From a virus, in IMG/VR virus record IMGVR_UViG_3300031952_000013, positions 1 through 64,000 of that record: DNA of 64,000 nucleotides, one strand, 5' to 3'. The notes under the pieces are model-generated. The model saw only the letters and a program-made list of their open reading frames with translations. It did no database searches and had not been told where the DNA came from. How positions within the stretch are numbered: position 1 is the first letter of the stretch; every line of letters starts with the position of its first letter. The position numbers and the translations under genes were made by a program. Of the stretch, positions 48,046 through 57,232 are shown in pieces.

Positions 48046-48777
48046 ATGCATGATAAAAAAGAATGGAATCCTGAGCATTTTGATGTCAATTATTATGAGA
48101 GGAGTGAGAAAACTCCTTATGGTGGTTTCCAGGTTCCGTATACATGGGAAAACTTTAAGAATCATGCTTACGCCAAAATCGCCTTTATTAGGAAGTATTT
48201 TGGTGGATTTGACATAAAGACAATCTTGTTCGGAGGTTGTGCTAAGGGATTTGAAGTGAGGGCAGCTAAAGAACTAGGTTACGACGCTTATGGGATTGAT
48301 ATATCAGAGTATGCTCTGGTTCATGCAGACCCGTCGGTGCTGTCTCAATGCACTCTTGGGTCTATTACTGATTTATCTAAGTTTTATAAGGATGATTCGT
48401 TTGATTTATTTGCTTCATTTGATGCGTGGCATACGATTCATCCTGATGAAAGGGAACAGGCAGCTAAAGAGATAAGTCGAATCACCAAGAAAGGTATTCT
48501 AATACGGACGGGGTTTTGTTCTGGTAAACAAGTTGGATTTATTTCATACGATGGTGACGTTGAATATATAGACCCTGAATTTAACGGTACGTATGACGGT
48601 AATCCGTCTTATCAGGATTCGATTGGTCTGTTCTTCAGACGGTTTGAAGAATTGGGTAAGTTTGCAGGTTTCTTTTCCCCTGTAGTCTGGGATAGGGATT
48701 ACTTCATTTGGTACAGTCTGTGTCGTTCTGGTAATGACATGTTACGCAAGAATTATGGGGCAGGTGGTGGAGTTTGA
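48046..48777 (+). CDS. Class I SAM-dependent methyltransferase
   Basis: ILFGGCAKG, YGIDISEYA, SFDL. Confidence 0.8.
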   Translation: MHDKKEWNPEHFDVNYYERSEKTPYGGFQVPYTWENFKNHAYAKIAFIRKYFGGFDIKTILFGGCAKGFEVRAAKELGYDAYGIDISEYALVHADPSVLSQCTLGSITDLSKFYKDDSFDLFASFDAWHTIHPDEREQAAKEISRITKKGILIRTGFCSGKQVGFISYDGDVEYIDPEFNGTYDGNPSYQDSIGLFFRRFEELGKFAGFFSPVVWDRDYFIWYSLCRSGNDMLRKNYGAGGGV

Positions 48778-49718
48778 TTAAGACCATTGTAGTTAAGGGT
48801 TATCAGAGCCTCTATGACATCTCTCTGGAGATGGGGAAGTTCACAGTAATTTATGGTGAGTCAGATGTCGGCAAAAGTAGTTTATACCGGGCGATCAGGG
48901 GTCTGCTGACGACTGAAAGCGGGGATGCATTCATTTCTAGGGGGGAGAAAGGTGCTTTTGTCTCTCTGACGCTAGATTCAGGGGAGAAGGTTACTTGGGT
49001 TAAGAGGCGGGGTCAGAGCAGTGAATATACTCTGGGTAATCAAATTTACAGGCGGTCCAAGCAAATTCCAGACGAGATTGCGAAGGTGTTGAGGATTGCA
49101 CCGATTGTTGTGGATGGTGACAAATTTTATCCCAATCTCAGGGGTCAGTTTGATAGTCTATTTCTGTTGTTTGATTCATCGTTGAAGAGGGCAAGGGTTC
49201 TGGGTTCTTTGATTTCCAATATTCTGTTAACTGGTATCCGTCAAGTTAACTTAGAGAGGAATCGGAACGAAGCCGATATTAGGGCAGCAGGAGATTTGAA
49301 GCAATCTTTAGAGGATAGAGTGAGTCAGAACTGGGATGGTCTACTTAGAGAGACGGATACTTTAAAACAGACTTTGGTTGTGGCTAGAAAGATTCTTGAC
49401 CGGATTGAAGAGATTAGAGTTGTAGTAGAGGAAATGGAGACGCTCAAACCCTATGAGTCTTTGATTTATGCTCTTTTGAACGAGAAAGATTTAGTGAACT
49501 TGGTTGAATTACTTGACAGGTATAGCGAGATTGCTGAGGTAGTTGCGGAAGTTTCTGGTGAAAAGAGTTCACTTGAGAGGAATGAATTTTTGATGGGAAA
49601 GGTAGAAAAGGACAGGGATGGGGCTAAGATTCTGTTGGATGATATGAAAGAAAAACTGACAATTACCTGTCCGAATTGTAAGCGCCCGATTTCGTTGGTG
49701 GAGATGGGAATTGACTGA
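48774..49718 (+). CDS. SbcC/Rad50-like ATPase, N-terminal half with zinc hook
   Basis: GYQS, Walker A GESDVGKSS..RAI, Q-loop GQFD, coiled coil, terminal CPNC. Confidence 0.8.
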   Translation: MIKTIVVKGYQSLYDISLEMGKFTVIYGESDVGKSSLYRAIRGLLTTESGDAFISRGEKGAFVSLTLDSGEKVTWVKRRGQSSEYTLGNQIYRRSKQIPDEIAKVLRIAPIVVDGDKFYPNLRGQFDSLFLLFDSSLKRARVLGSLISNILLTGIRQVNLERNRNEADIRAAGDLKQSLEDRVSQNWDGLLRETDTLKQTLVVARKILDRIEEIRVVVEEMETLKPYESLIYALLNEKDLVNLVELLDRYSEIAEVVAEVSGEKSSLERNEFLMGKVEKDRDGAKILLDDMKEKLTITCPNCKRPISLVEMGID

Positions 49719-50652
49719 GATATTGTTCTGGTCGGACCCCCATAATTCTGATACTCCCCCCCGTATGCGTAAGGATTCTTATTGTGAGGATATTCTTGCG
49801 AAGCAGGAGAAGATTGCCGAGTTGTCTAAGGGATATGATTTAGTTATTTGTGGTGGGGACGTTTTTCACCAGAAAAGGGCTGACAGGATATCGTATCGTT
49901 TGGTGAACAGGTTGTGTGAGATTTATCGAGAGATGGGTAATCTGATTATCGTTCCTGGTAATCATGATGTTGAGACAAGGTGGGATTTCAAAGTGCGCCC
50001 TTTGGGAATTCTGTCTCATCTTCCAAATGTAAGGTTGAGCCACGCGGAGTCTATTGAATTTGATGATTTTGTTATGCTGACGTATGGGGGGGCAGAATTC
50101 TTCCCTGAGGTAGAGTTTTTGAGTTGGTTAGAGGGTGAGTCTAGGTTGATTACTGTTAGAGATAAGAGACACAGGGTAGGGGTGTTTCATCAGGGTATTG
50201 GAAATACGGCATGGAATTTGCCTTTTCCTATGATTGATGCAAGGAAAGTTGAAAACTGGGTGGATTTTGGACTTATCGGTCATATTCACAGCCATGTAGG
50301 GTATGTTAGCGCAGGAAAGTTGTACTGTGCGGGGGCAATCAGCCGTGGTTCACTGACCGGTGATGAGGTGGATAGGCCGGTTTGTTATATGCATGTGGAG
50401 ATTGGGAAAGACCAAATTTCCTGTGGTTTGCAGGAATTACCTATTAAAATGGGGGAGGAAGTTTTCAAGATTTCCGAGCGGATGGCTGAAAAAAAGACAG
50501 AGGCGGGGGTCAATCAATTTCTGTCTTACATAGAATCGTTTGACCTGCCCAAATCTATGAGTGCAGAGGAGATTATTTCCTATATCGAGTCCAATACAGA
50601 GATTGACAAGAAGGTTGCTCATAAGGCTGTGAGTGTCCTGAGGGGTTTGTGA
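49711..50652 (+). CDS. SbcD/Mre11-like nuclease
   Basis: SDPH, GGDVFH, PGNHD, FHQ, GHIH. Confidence 0.85.
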   Translation: MTEILFWSDPHNSDTPPRMRKDSYCEDILAKQEKIAELSKGYDLVICGGDVFHQKRADRISYRLVNRLCEIYREMGNLIIVPGNHDVETRWDFKVRPLGILSHLPNVRLSHAESIEFDDFVMLTYGGAEFFPEVEFLSWLEGESRLITVRDKRHRVGVFHQGIGNTAWNLPFPMIDARKVENWVDFGLIGHIHSHVGYVSAGKLYCAGAISRGSLTGDEVDRPVCYMHVEIGKDQISCGLQELPIKMGEEVFKISERMAEKKTEAGVNQFLSYIESFDLPKSMSAEEIISYIESNTEIDKKVAHKAVSVLRGL

Positions 50653-51464
50653 TGAAGTTATTTGAAACGACGCTTTCTTATACGTTTCTCTCAACCTACC
50701 AGAAGTGCCATCGTCGGGCTTGGTTGCAGTACGTTAAGAAGGTTGTTCCGCCTGAGAAGGTCAATCAGAGGCCGTTTATCGTGGGAATTTGCGCAGACTG
50801 GTTGTTTAAGAAGTGGGTTGCTGGTGGCTACCACTCCGATTGGATGGAGCAAGAAGCCAGGGGAATCTTTGAATGGTTTTCTACAAAAAGAGTGATTCGT
50901 TACCTAGATGGTTCAGATAAAGAGAAACTCATCCTCAAGTTGACTATGGCGGTGAAAGACCTACAACAGGCTGCTTTAGACGAGAAGTTTCCTGATAGGG
51001 TGCTTAATCTTCAGAAAGAACTTAGGGTAGACTATAATCAATTTGTTATGTCAGGTAAGTTAGACATCTGGTTTCCTGAGGAGAAAGCTATCTGCGATTT
51101 GAAGATAACATCGTCTATGAAGTACCTGGATAGTTTTCAACTGAGGTATTTTGCGTGGCTGATGGAGCGTAAACACACTATTTTTGTTGAGAAACTCACG
51201 TTTCTCTCTCCTATGATGAGGCCGTATCTCAAGGAGGTTTCTTGGTTGCCTAATGATAAGACAGAGTTTGACCTTCTGTTGTTTGACGTTCTGGGGCGGA
51301 TTGCGTCGAATGATTGGTCTATAACAACTAAGGATTGCTGGAGTTGCCCTGTGGCATCCTTCTGCGAAGAGTTTACTGTGGAGGCTGAGAGAACGAAATC
51401 AGCTTCTGGTGGATTTAAGATAAAAATAGGAGTAGAAGATGGAGGTATCGAAGAAGAGTTATAA
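50649..51464 (+). CDS. PD-(D/E)XK nuclease (RecB/Cas4-like)
   Basis: LSY...YQKC, GKLD, DLK, QLRYF, C..CPV..FC. Confidence 0.8.
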   Translation: MMKLFETTLSYTFLSTYQKCHRRAWLQYVKKVVPPEKVNQRPFIVGICADWLFKKWVAGGYHSDWMEQEARGIFEWFSTKRVIRYLDGSDKEKLILKLTMAVKDLQQAALDEKFPDRVLNLQKELRVDYNQFVMSGKLDIWFPEEKAICDLKITSSMKYLDSFQLRYFAWLMERKHTIFVEKLTFLSPMMRPYLKEVSWLPNDKTEFDLLLFDVLGRIASNDWSITTKDCWSCPVASFCEEFTVEAERTKSASGGFKIKIGVEDGGIEEEL

Positions 51465-51732
51465 CGCGCTCTTGGCTCACTATCGGGAATTAGAGACGAC
51501 GTTAGCCACTCTGTCGGGGAGAAAAGAGGAAGCCACGAAGAGGCTTAACACTTTAGAGGGGCAGTTAGAGAAGTTGACGAAAGGAATGGATGTTGATGAG
51601 GTGTTGGCGAGGTTGGAAAAAGAAGCGGAAGTGAGGATTGACACGCTAAGGGCCAAGGTGGTAGAATTGGAGCGGCTAGTGGCTGATTTTAAGGTTTCTA
51701 AAATTAACAATGATTTTGATGTGGAGGTTTAG
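51439..51732 (+). CDS. Small coiled-coil protein
   Basis: Heptad-rich sequence; lies between the SbcC halves. Confidence 0.6.
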   Translation: MEVSKKSYNALLAHYRELETTLATLSGRKEEATKRLNTLEGQLEKLTKGMDVDEVLARLEKEAEVRIDTLRAKVVELERLVADFKVSKINNDFDVEV

Positions 51733-52824
51733 ATGAAGTTTATTATTCGCAGACCGTTTTTGTTGGCGTTATTGGAGAAAGCCTGGACTGTGACTATCGG
51801 GGGTACTCTTTCTACAACTAAGGGTTTTTACTTTGTCCAGAAAGACGATACCCTGACGGTTGCTCGTACTGACAGTATCTTGAGTGCGGTGGCTTCTACT
51901 AATGTGGTTAATTGGGTGAATAAAGAAGCTCCCAACGAATTCCTTGTGGATGCCGAAAAGTTCCTCCGGCTGATTAGAGGTCTTGCTTGCGATGAGGTTT
52001 CTCTTTCAGTTGAGGATAATGAAATTGCGATTTCTGGAGACAACTTCAATGCAGAGTGGCTCCTGTTCGATTTAAAAGACTTTCCGAAATTGCCTGTGTA
52101 TCACAGGGAGATGAGCCTAGAAGTGCCTACAATCGAGTTTGTGGGGGCAGTAGACAGGATTCGCTACGCTGCGTCGATTGAATCCCTGACTTCTGCTTAT
52201 AAACAGATTTACTTTGAGAACGGGGCATGTTGGGCGACTGATGGTTATAACTACCAGGCTGTTGAAACTAAAATTACACTCCCAAATCAAGTTGCTCTGC
52301 CTCTTATCGGATTGGATGTTGTAAAGTTTTTGCGTCTCTCAGGTGTCAGTTCGTTCTTTTTGTCGTGGGATGATGACCACTACTATTTTATGATAGGGAA
52401 TGACGCTTTTGTATGTCGGCGATCTCCGGTTCAACCTCCTAATCCTTTATTGGATTTCTACGGTAAGTTGAGTATGGAGTATCATAAACTTCCCTATTTC
52501 ACTTTTGAAGTCAGATTGCTTCGCCGGATTGTTGAGAGAGTGGCTATTACCGGTAGTTTTTCTAACAAACGAATCTGGTTTCATGTGACTCCTACAACTT
52601 TGACTATCAATGGGGTCGATGAGGACGGGAATTCCAGTTCAGAGGTGCTTATTATCACTTTAAATGGAGATAAGACAGATAGAACGCTTGGGATTCACTA
52701 CGAAATGCTACTGTCTGCGTTAGCTTCTGTGAGGAAGGAATCAGCCAATTTTAGATTCAACAAGAATCATTTTCTTATTACGTCGGAGGATAGTACAGCT
52801 ATTCTCCCCTTGTTGAAAAAATGA
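51733..52824 (+). CDS. dnaN: DNA sliding clamp (Pol III beta-like)
   Basis: 363 aa; MKF.I.R..LL, TD, DFP.LP, ATDG, C-terminal ILPL. Confidence 0.75.
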   Translation: MKFIIRRPFLLALLEKAWTVTIGGTLSTTKGFYFVQKDDTLTVARTDSILSAVASTNVVNWVNKEAPNEFLVDAEKFLRLIRGLACDEVSLSVEDNEIAISGDNFNAEWLLFDLKDFPKLPVYHREMSLEVPTIEFVGAVDRIRYAASIESLTSAYKQIYFENGACWATDGYNYQAVETKITLPNQVALPLIGLDVVKFLRLSGVSSFFLSWDDDHYYFMIGNDAFVCRRSPVQPPNPLLDFYGKLSMEYHKLPYFTFEVRLLRRIVERVAITGSFSNKRIWFHVTPTTLTINGVDEDGNSSSEVLIITLNGDKTDRTLGIHYEMLLSALASVRKESANFRFNKNHFLITSEDSTAILPLLKK

Positions 52825-53465
52825 GTGAATTAGGCGACTTGGAAAAGAGGCTGGAGTTTATTTCTAGCCTTATTACTAGAAATAAAATTGAGAAGGACGT
52901 TAATGAGAAAACGATGGTTCGTCTTGATCTGACTATGGAGGATAAGAGAGAGTCTAACGAGACTCTTCTCAAGGTAGCTGAGTTGTTTAAGTCTTTGGGT
53001 GGGTCACATGAGAAAGACCTGTTGGATAAACTTAGCAAATTTGTTAACTATGGGTTGGTGGTGGTGTTTGGTGGTCATGGGATTTTCGTTCCTGCCATGT
53101 CTCTTGACGGTAAGGATATCAGAGTAGATTTCTTTATCGAAGTGGAAGGCAGCCTTTGTGGTATTGCAGACGCTAAGGGAGGGGGAGTCGCAGAGGTTGT
53201 GAGCATTCTTCTTCAGCTTTTCTTCATGGTGGTAATGAGAGGTCAGGGGGTTGGTGATGTGCTGATAATGGATACGGCTCTTGTGCATCTTTCTGACCAG
53301 TATCACGAGAGGATGTCGGCTCTGTTGAAGGAGCTTTGCGATAAGTTAAACATTCAAATTATCCTGATGATTCACTCGATGGCTTTCGGTAAATACGCTG
53401 ACAAATTGTATCTGTTTAGACAAGAGGAAGGAAAGACGATAGTGACGGAGGAAATGAGTGGATAA
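52821..53465 (+). CDS. SbcC/Rad50-like ATPase, C-terminal half
   Basis: Signature-like KGGG, Walker B-like LIMDT..HLS, H-loop QIILMIH, ADK.Y. Confidence 0.7.
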   Translation: MSELGDLEKRLEFISSLITRNKIEKDVNEKTMVRLDLTMEDKRESNETLLKVAELFKSLGGSHEKDLLDKLSKFVNYGLVVVFGGHGIFVPAMSLDGKDIRVDFFIEVEGSLCGIADAKGGGVAEVVSILLQLFFMVVMRGQGVGDVLIMDTALVHLSDQYHERMSALLKELCDKLNIQIILMIHSMAFGKYADKLYLFRQEEGKTIVTEEMSG

Positions 53466-53611
53466 TAAAAGGTTTGGTTTTACACCTTGTTTTGTGAAAA
53501 GTTTTAAAGGATTTGATACGGCTGGACAACCTGTATTTGAGATGTCCTGTATCTGTCCCGAGTGTTTGGGGAGAACAACTCCCATCCACCCTTGGGTTGA
53601 GGAGAAGAAAG

Positions 53612-54124
53612 ATGAGCGAAGTGAGCCTGACGGGAAACGCTAAACTTATTAGGCTTTCTACTAAACCGTTTAAAATTTTGGCTTTAGATTTAGGGACTCA
53701 TTGTGGATGGGCAGTATCAACTCCTTGTTCTGTGGTTGAAAGTGGGGTGCAGATGTTTGATTTGCGGAGGGGAGAAAGTCCTGGGATGCGGTTTATCAGA
53801 TTTAATAAATGGTTATCTGAGATGTTGATTAATGTGTTTCCAGATATGGTTGTTTATGAGACGATGTTTGCTTGTCGTGGTCCTGCTCTTGAAGTTTTAT
53901 TGGGTATGTATACTAGGATACAGGAACAATGTGCTATGAAGAGTATTCCTTACGCTGGTATGAACGCGATGACACTGAAGAAGCGGGCTGCGGGAAGTGG
54001 TAAAGCATCTAAAGACATGATGATGAAGGCGGCTTCCGAATTTATAGGCCATCTAATTTTAGATGATAATGAAGCAGACGCAATTATGCTTTTAAAAATT
54101 GCTATGGAAGACTATGCTACATGA
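53612..54124 (+). CDS. RuvC-like Holliday junction resolvase
   Basis: ILALDLGT..GWA, VVYE, LKK.A.G.G.A.K, DNEADA. Confidence 0.85.
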   Translation: MSEVSLTGNAKLIRLSTKPFKILALDLGTHCGWAVSTPCSVVESGVQMFDLRRGESPGMRFIRFNKWLSEMLINVFPDMVVYETMFACRGPALEVLLGMYTRIQEQCAMKSIPYAGMNAMTLKKRAAGSGKASKDMMMKAASEFIGHLILDDNEADAIMLLKIAMEDYAT

Positions 54125-54689
54125 AGAATGGTATTCAATTTATCAGAAGGCGGTGTGGGGCTGTGAAGCCTGTTCCGCTAGGCATGAGTGTACCCGACCG
54201 GTTCCTGGTGAGGGAGATTTAAATTCGTCTTTTTTGGTTGTTGGTAGGAACCCAGGTAAGAACGAAGATATTCTAGGGCAGCCCTTTGTTGGACCTGCTG
54301 GTGAGGTGCTGGATAAGTTTTTGGAATTGTGTGGCGTGTCACGGAGTAAAGGTTGTTTCATCACAAATATGTGCTTATGTCATACCAGAGAGGATAGGTT
54401 TTTATCTAAGGAAGAGGTGAAGACCTGTGTTAAGGGATTTTTAATACCGACTTTGGTTCAGTTGAAGCCGAAGGTCGTTATGGTATGTGGGACGCAGCCA
54501 AATTATTTTATAAACGGTATCAAGAAACCGTCTCATCATCATGGTGAACTGTTTGAGCATAGGTCAGGATTCCACACTATCTGTAGTCTTCATCCGGCAG
54601 CAGTTTGTTACAATCCCGACTTGTGGGTTAGATTTGAGGTTCTGGCTCCGGTTGTCAAGAGGTTACTAGATGATAATACGGTCTCCTGA
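54114..54689 (+). CDS. Uracil-DNA glycosylase family 4-like
   Basis: C..C, VPGEG, VGRNPG.NED..G.PFVG.AG, ITN...C, HPAA. Confidence 0.9.
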   Translation: MLHEEWYSIYQKAVWGCEACSARHECTRPVPGEGDLNSSFLVVGRNPGKNEDILGQPFVGPAGEVLDKFLELCGVSRSKGCFITNMCLCHTREDRFLSKEEVKTCVKGFLIPTLVQLKPKVVMVCGTQPNYFINGIKKPSHHHGELFEHRSGFHTICSLHPAAVCYNPDLWVRFEVLAPVVKRLLDDNTVS

Positions 54690-57207
54690 GGAAGTTGAAG
54701 ATTTTTTAACCCGACACAAGTTTGATTTTGGCGATTTGCCGCACGTATATTTAGGCCAAGAAGACGGGAGTTTTCATAAGGATTGGGGTTTAGCCAAATA
54801 TAAGATTCTTTTCTCGATGCTATGGCGGTATCAGGATAGTCGTGGGAATCAAACTGTTCCACTTCTCTATCAGATTATAAATGAGTGGCGACCAGGAGAA
54901 GTTCTGATGGAGAGGGCCAATGTACCTGAGACAGAGGAACACTATAAACTTTTCCGTAAATATCAGATTCCTCTGTTCGGTGTGGAATCAAAGCACAGTG
55001 CAGGGGGCTACGATATGATAATGACCTCCCTTAGTTATGTTCCGGTCTGGTGGAATTTCCCCCTAATGTTGAAACTTAGTGGGATTCCAGTTCTTCAGAA
55101 AGATCGTTCTGATGAAGGGCAGTATCCTTTAATCATGGTTGGTGGTTCGTCTGTCTATGGTAACTTTGGGTTGGTGTTTCCTGTAGTTGACATAATCTAT
55201 TTTGGTGACGCTGAAGATGAAGAAGATGGAGGGGTTTTGCATTTATTGGATTACATTATGGAGTTGAGGGGCCATGGGTTACAAAATTCGGAGGTTCTAG
55301 ATGCTATTCAACCTAACTTCCCTTATATCATGTGCCCCAGGTTCTACACTCCTCACTATGAGAAAGAAAAGTTTACAGGATGGACATCGGCTCCGTCCAA
55401 GTTTCCCAAGAAGTTTGTCGTTAGGAAATGCAAAAATCTGGATGCGGTTCCTAAGTACACGAAGCCAATTCTCTCCTATACTGATAATACGATGGGTCTG
55501 GGTGAAGTGGAGATTTCCAGGGGTTGTCGTGGGATGTGTGCCTTTTGTGGTATCGGATGGAAGTACCGTCCATATCGGGAACGGTCTGTGGAAGTTATGG
55601 TTGAAGCTCTGACTACGAATAAGCGAAACTCTGGGGCGGTTTCGTTATGTCCTATCGCAACGGAATTTGCGTACTACTCACACAAACGCAAGTTAATTAA
55701 CGAACTTGCCAAGCACAGCCGGTATGTTGACCCTCTTTCCATGAGGATAGATGCTTTTGCAAGCGACGAAGAATTTGATATTTTCCTGAGGAAATTGTGT
55801 ATGAATCAAGTGGCTCTGGGAGTGGAAGGAGTTTCTCAAAGACTTAGGAATAGAATGATGAAGGGAATTTCTGAGGAGGAGATTCTGAAGGCTTGTAAGA
55901 TTGCGATTGAGGCTGGTTTTGACAGGGCCAAGTTTTTTATGATTGCAAATACGGACGAGACTTGGGAAGATTTTGAGGAGTTCTTTTCTCTCTTAAAGAA
56001 GGTTGTGGATATGAAGAACAGAGCTAGGTCTCGATTAAAGATTAGGGCTTCGTGGACTCCGCTTTTTGTGGAGGCTTGCACCCCGCTACAATGGAAGAGT
56101 CCTACGATTCTACAAGACAATATTGATTGGAAACAGGTATACAACAGGTTGAAAGAACTCGGTATTGAGATGAAGTACGGGGTGAAACGCAATTATAAAT
56201 TTATGCGGGTTTCTCAGGCTATGCATATTGGAGATACTCGGTTTGCTGAAGCAGTTGCTCTGGCAGCAGAGGAATCTGATAGGCCATTCTATTCGGGGTT
56301 TGATGATAAGTGCATCCCTAGACTTGAAAAATATATGGAGCAGACTGGTTATTCTTGGGATTATATGCTCAGAGAGAAGACCGAAGATGAGGAGTTTATA
56401 TGGGATGTTGTTGACAGGGGGGTCAAGAAAGAGACTTTATTGAAGTTGTGGAAGAAGATTAAATCAGGGGAGATGGATATGAAGAAAGTCAAGATTGTTC
56501 CTACAATGGATAATTGTGAACTGACAAAGACTCTCTATAACGAACAGGAAGCATTCTTTTGGGCTGTAGTGAAGTACAGGGTTTCTAAAGGATTGGATAC
56601 GGTTCCCAATGCTTACTGGACGGCACACATAAGCAGGGCTGGTTTGAGGAGCGGGGTCCCCCTGGCAGTGAATAAGATTCACTTCTTTAGTAATCACGAT
56701 AATGGAAACTGGTATGGAGGATTTGATTATATCGGTATTGGTTTAAGAAGCACACCATCCCCTGATAGTTGGTCTAAATTTTGTTCTGAGTTACAGCCGT
56801 TGGAGTATCAGAATGTATTGTGGTTACTAAATATGAAACCTACGTGGAGCGATCTGGTTAGTTCCTACCGGGTTGAGACTGACATTTCTCCTGCGGAGTG
56901 GGCAAAGTACAGAATCAAATTTGATGAAGCTGATAAGGTTACTGTGCGGAATAAAGAAACAAGATATTTTTCTGGTGCGTGGAGGCAGTTGGTTGATTTG
57001 AAAGAAATCAAGTATATTGATGTTCAGGTTTCTGCCGATGTTGCTCCTACGATTATTCTGAATATCTATATGAGCCATGAGGTAGGGATTAGGTTTGCCC
57101 TAGTTGGTCTCCTTCCTGGGGTTTCATCTCGTCGGATAAAGAAGTTTCTGGTTGAGAAAACGGGTTTACACAGGGTAAAAGATTGGGCGGTGCAGGAGAG
57201 TTTCTGA
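54670..57207 (+). CDS. Large radical SAM protein (TIGR03960-like) with C-terminal extension
   Basis: EISRGCRGMCAFC, PYRERS, GVEG.SQRLR...KG, N-terminal ERA..P....P.FG.ES. Confidence 0.8.
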   Translation: MIIRSPEEVEDFLTRHKFDFGDLPHVYLGQEDGSFHKDWGLAKYKILFSMLWRYQDSRGNQTVPLLYQIINEWRPGEVLMERANVPETEEHYKLFRKYQIPLFGVESKHSAGGYDMIMTSLSYVPVWWNFPLMLKLSGIPVLQKDRSDEGQYPLIMVGGSSVYGNFGLVFPVVDIIYFGDAEDEEDGGVLHLLDYIMELRGHGLQNSEVLDAIQPNFPYIMCPRFYTPHYEKEKFTGWTSAPSKFPKKFVVRKCKNLDAVPKYTKPILSYTDNTMGLGEVEISRGCRGMCAFCGIGWKYRPYRERSVEVMVEALTTNKRNSGAVSLCPIATEFAYYSHKRKLINELAKHSRYVDPLSMRIDAFASDEEFDIFLRKLCMNQVALGVEGVSQRLRNRMMKGISEEEILKACKIAIEAGFDRAKFFMIANTDETWEDFEEFFSLLKKVVDMKNRARSRLKIRASWTPLFVEACTPLQWKSPTILQDNIDWKQVYNRLKELGIEMKYGVKRNYKFMRVSQAMHIGDTRFAEAVALAAEESDRPFYSGFDDKCIPRLEKYMEQTGYSWDYMLREKTEDEEFIWDVVDRGVKKETLLKLWKKIKSGEMDMKKVKIVPTMDNCELTKTLYNEQEAFFWAVVKYRVSKGLDTVPNAYWTAHISRAGLRSGVPLAVNKIHFFSNHDNGNWYGGFDYIGIGLRSTPSPDSWSKFCSELQPLEYQNVLWLLNMKPTWSDLVSSYRVETDISPAEWAKYRIKFDEADKVTVRNKETRYFSGAWRQLVDLKEIKYIDVQVSADVAPTIILNIYMSHEVGIRFALVGLLPGVSSRRIKKFLVEKTGLHRVKDWAVQESF

Positions 57208-57232
57208 TGACTAAAGTTGAAGGAAGGTTGGA

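Noticed and set aside
50649-51464. Cas4 as evidence of a CRISPR system
   Set aside because: Stand-alone PD-(D/E)XK nuclease within a recombination operon, which is common in phages
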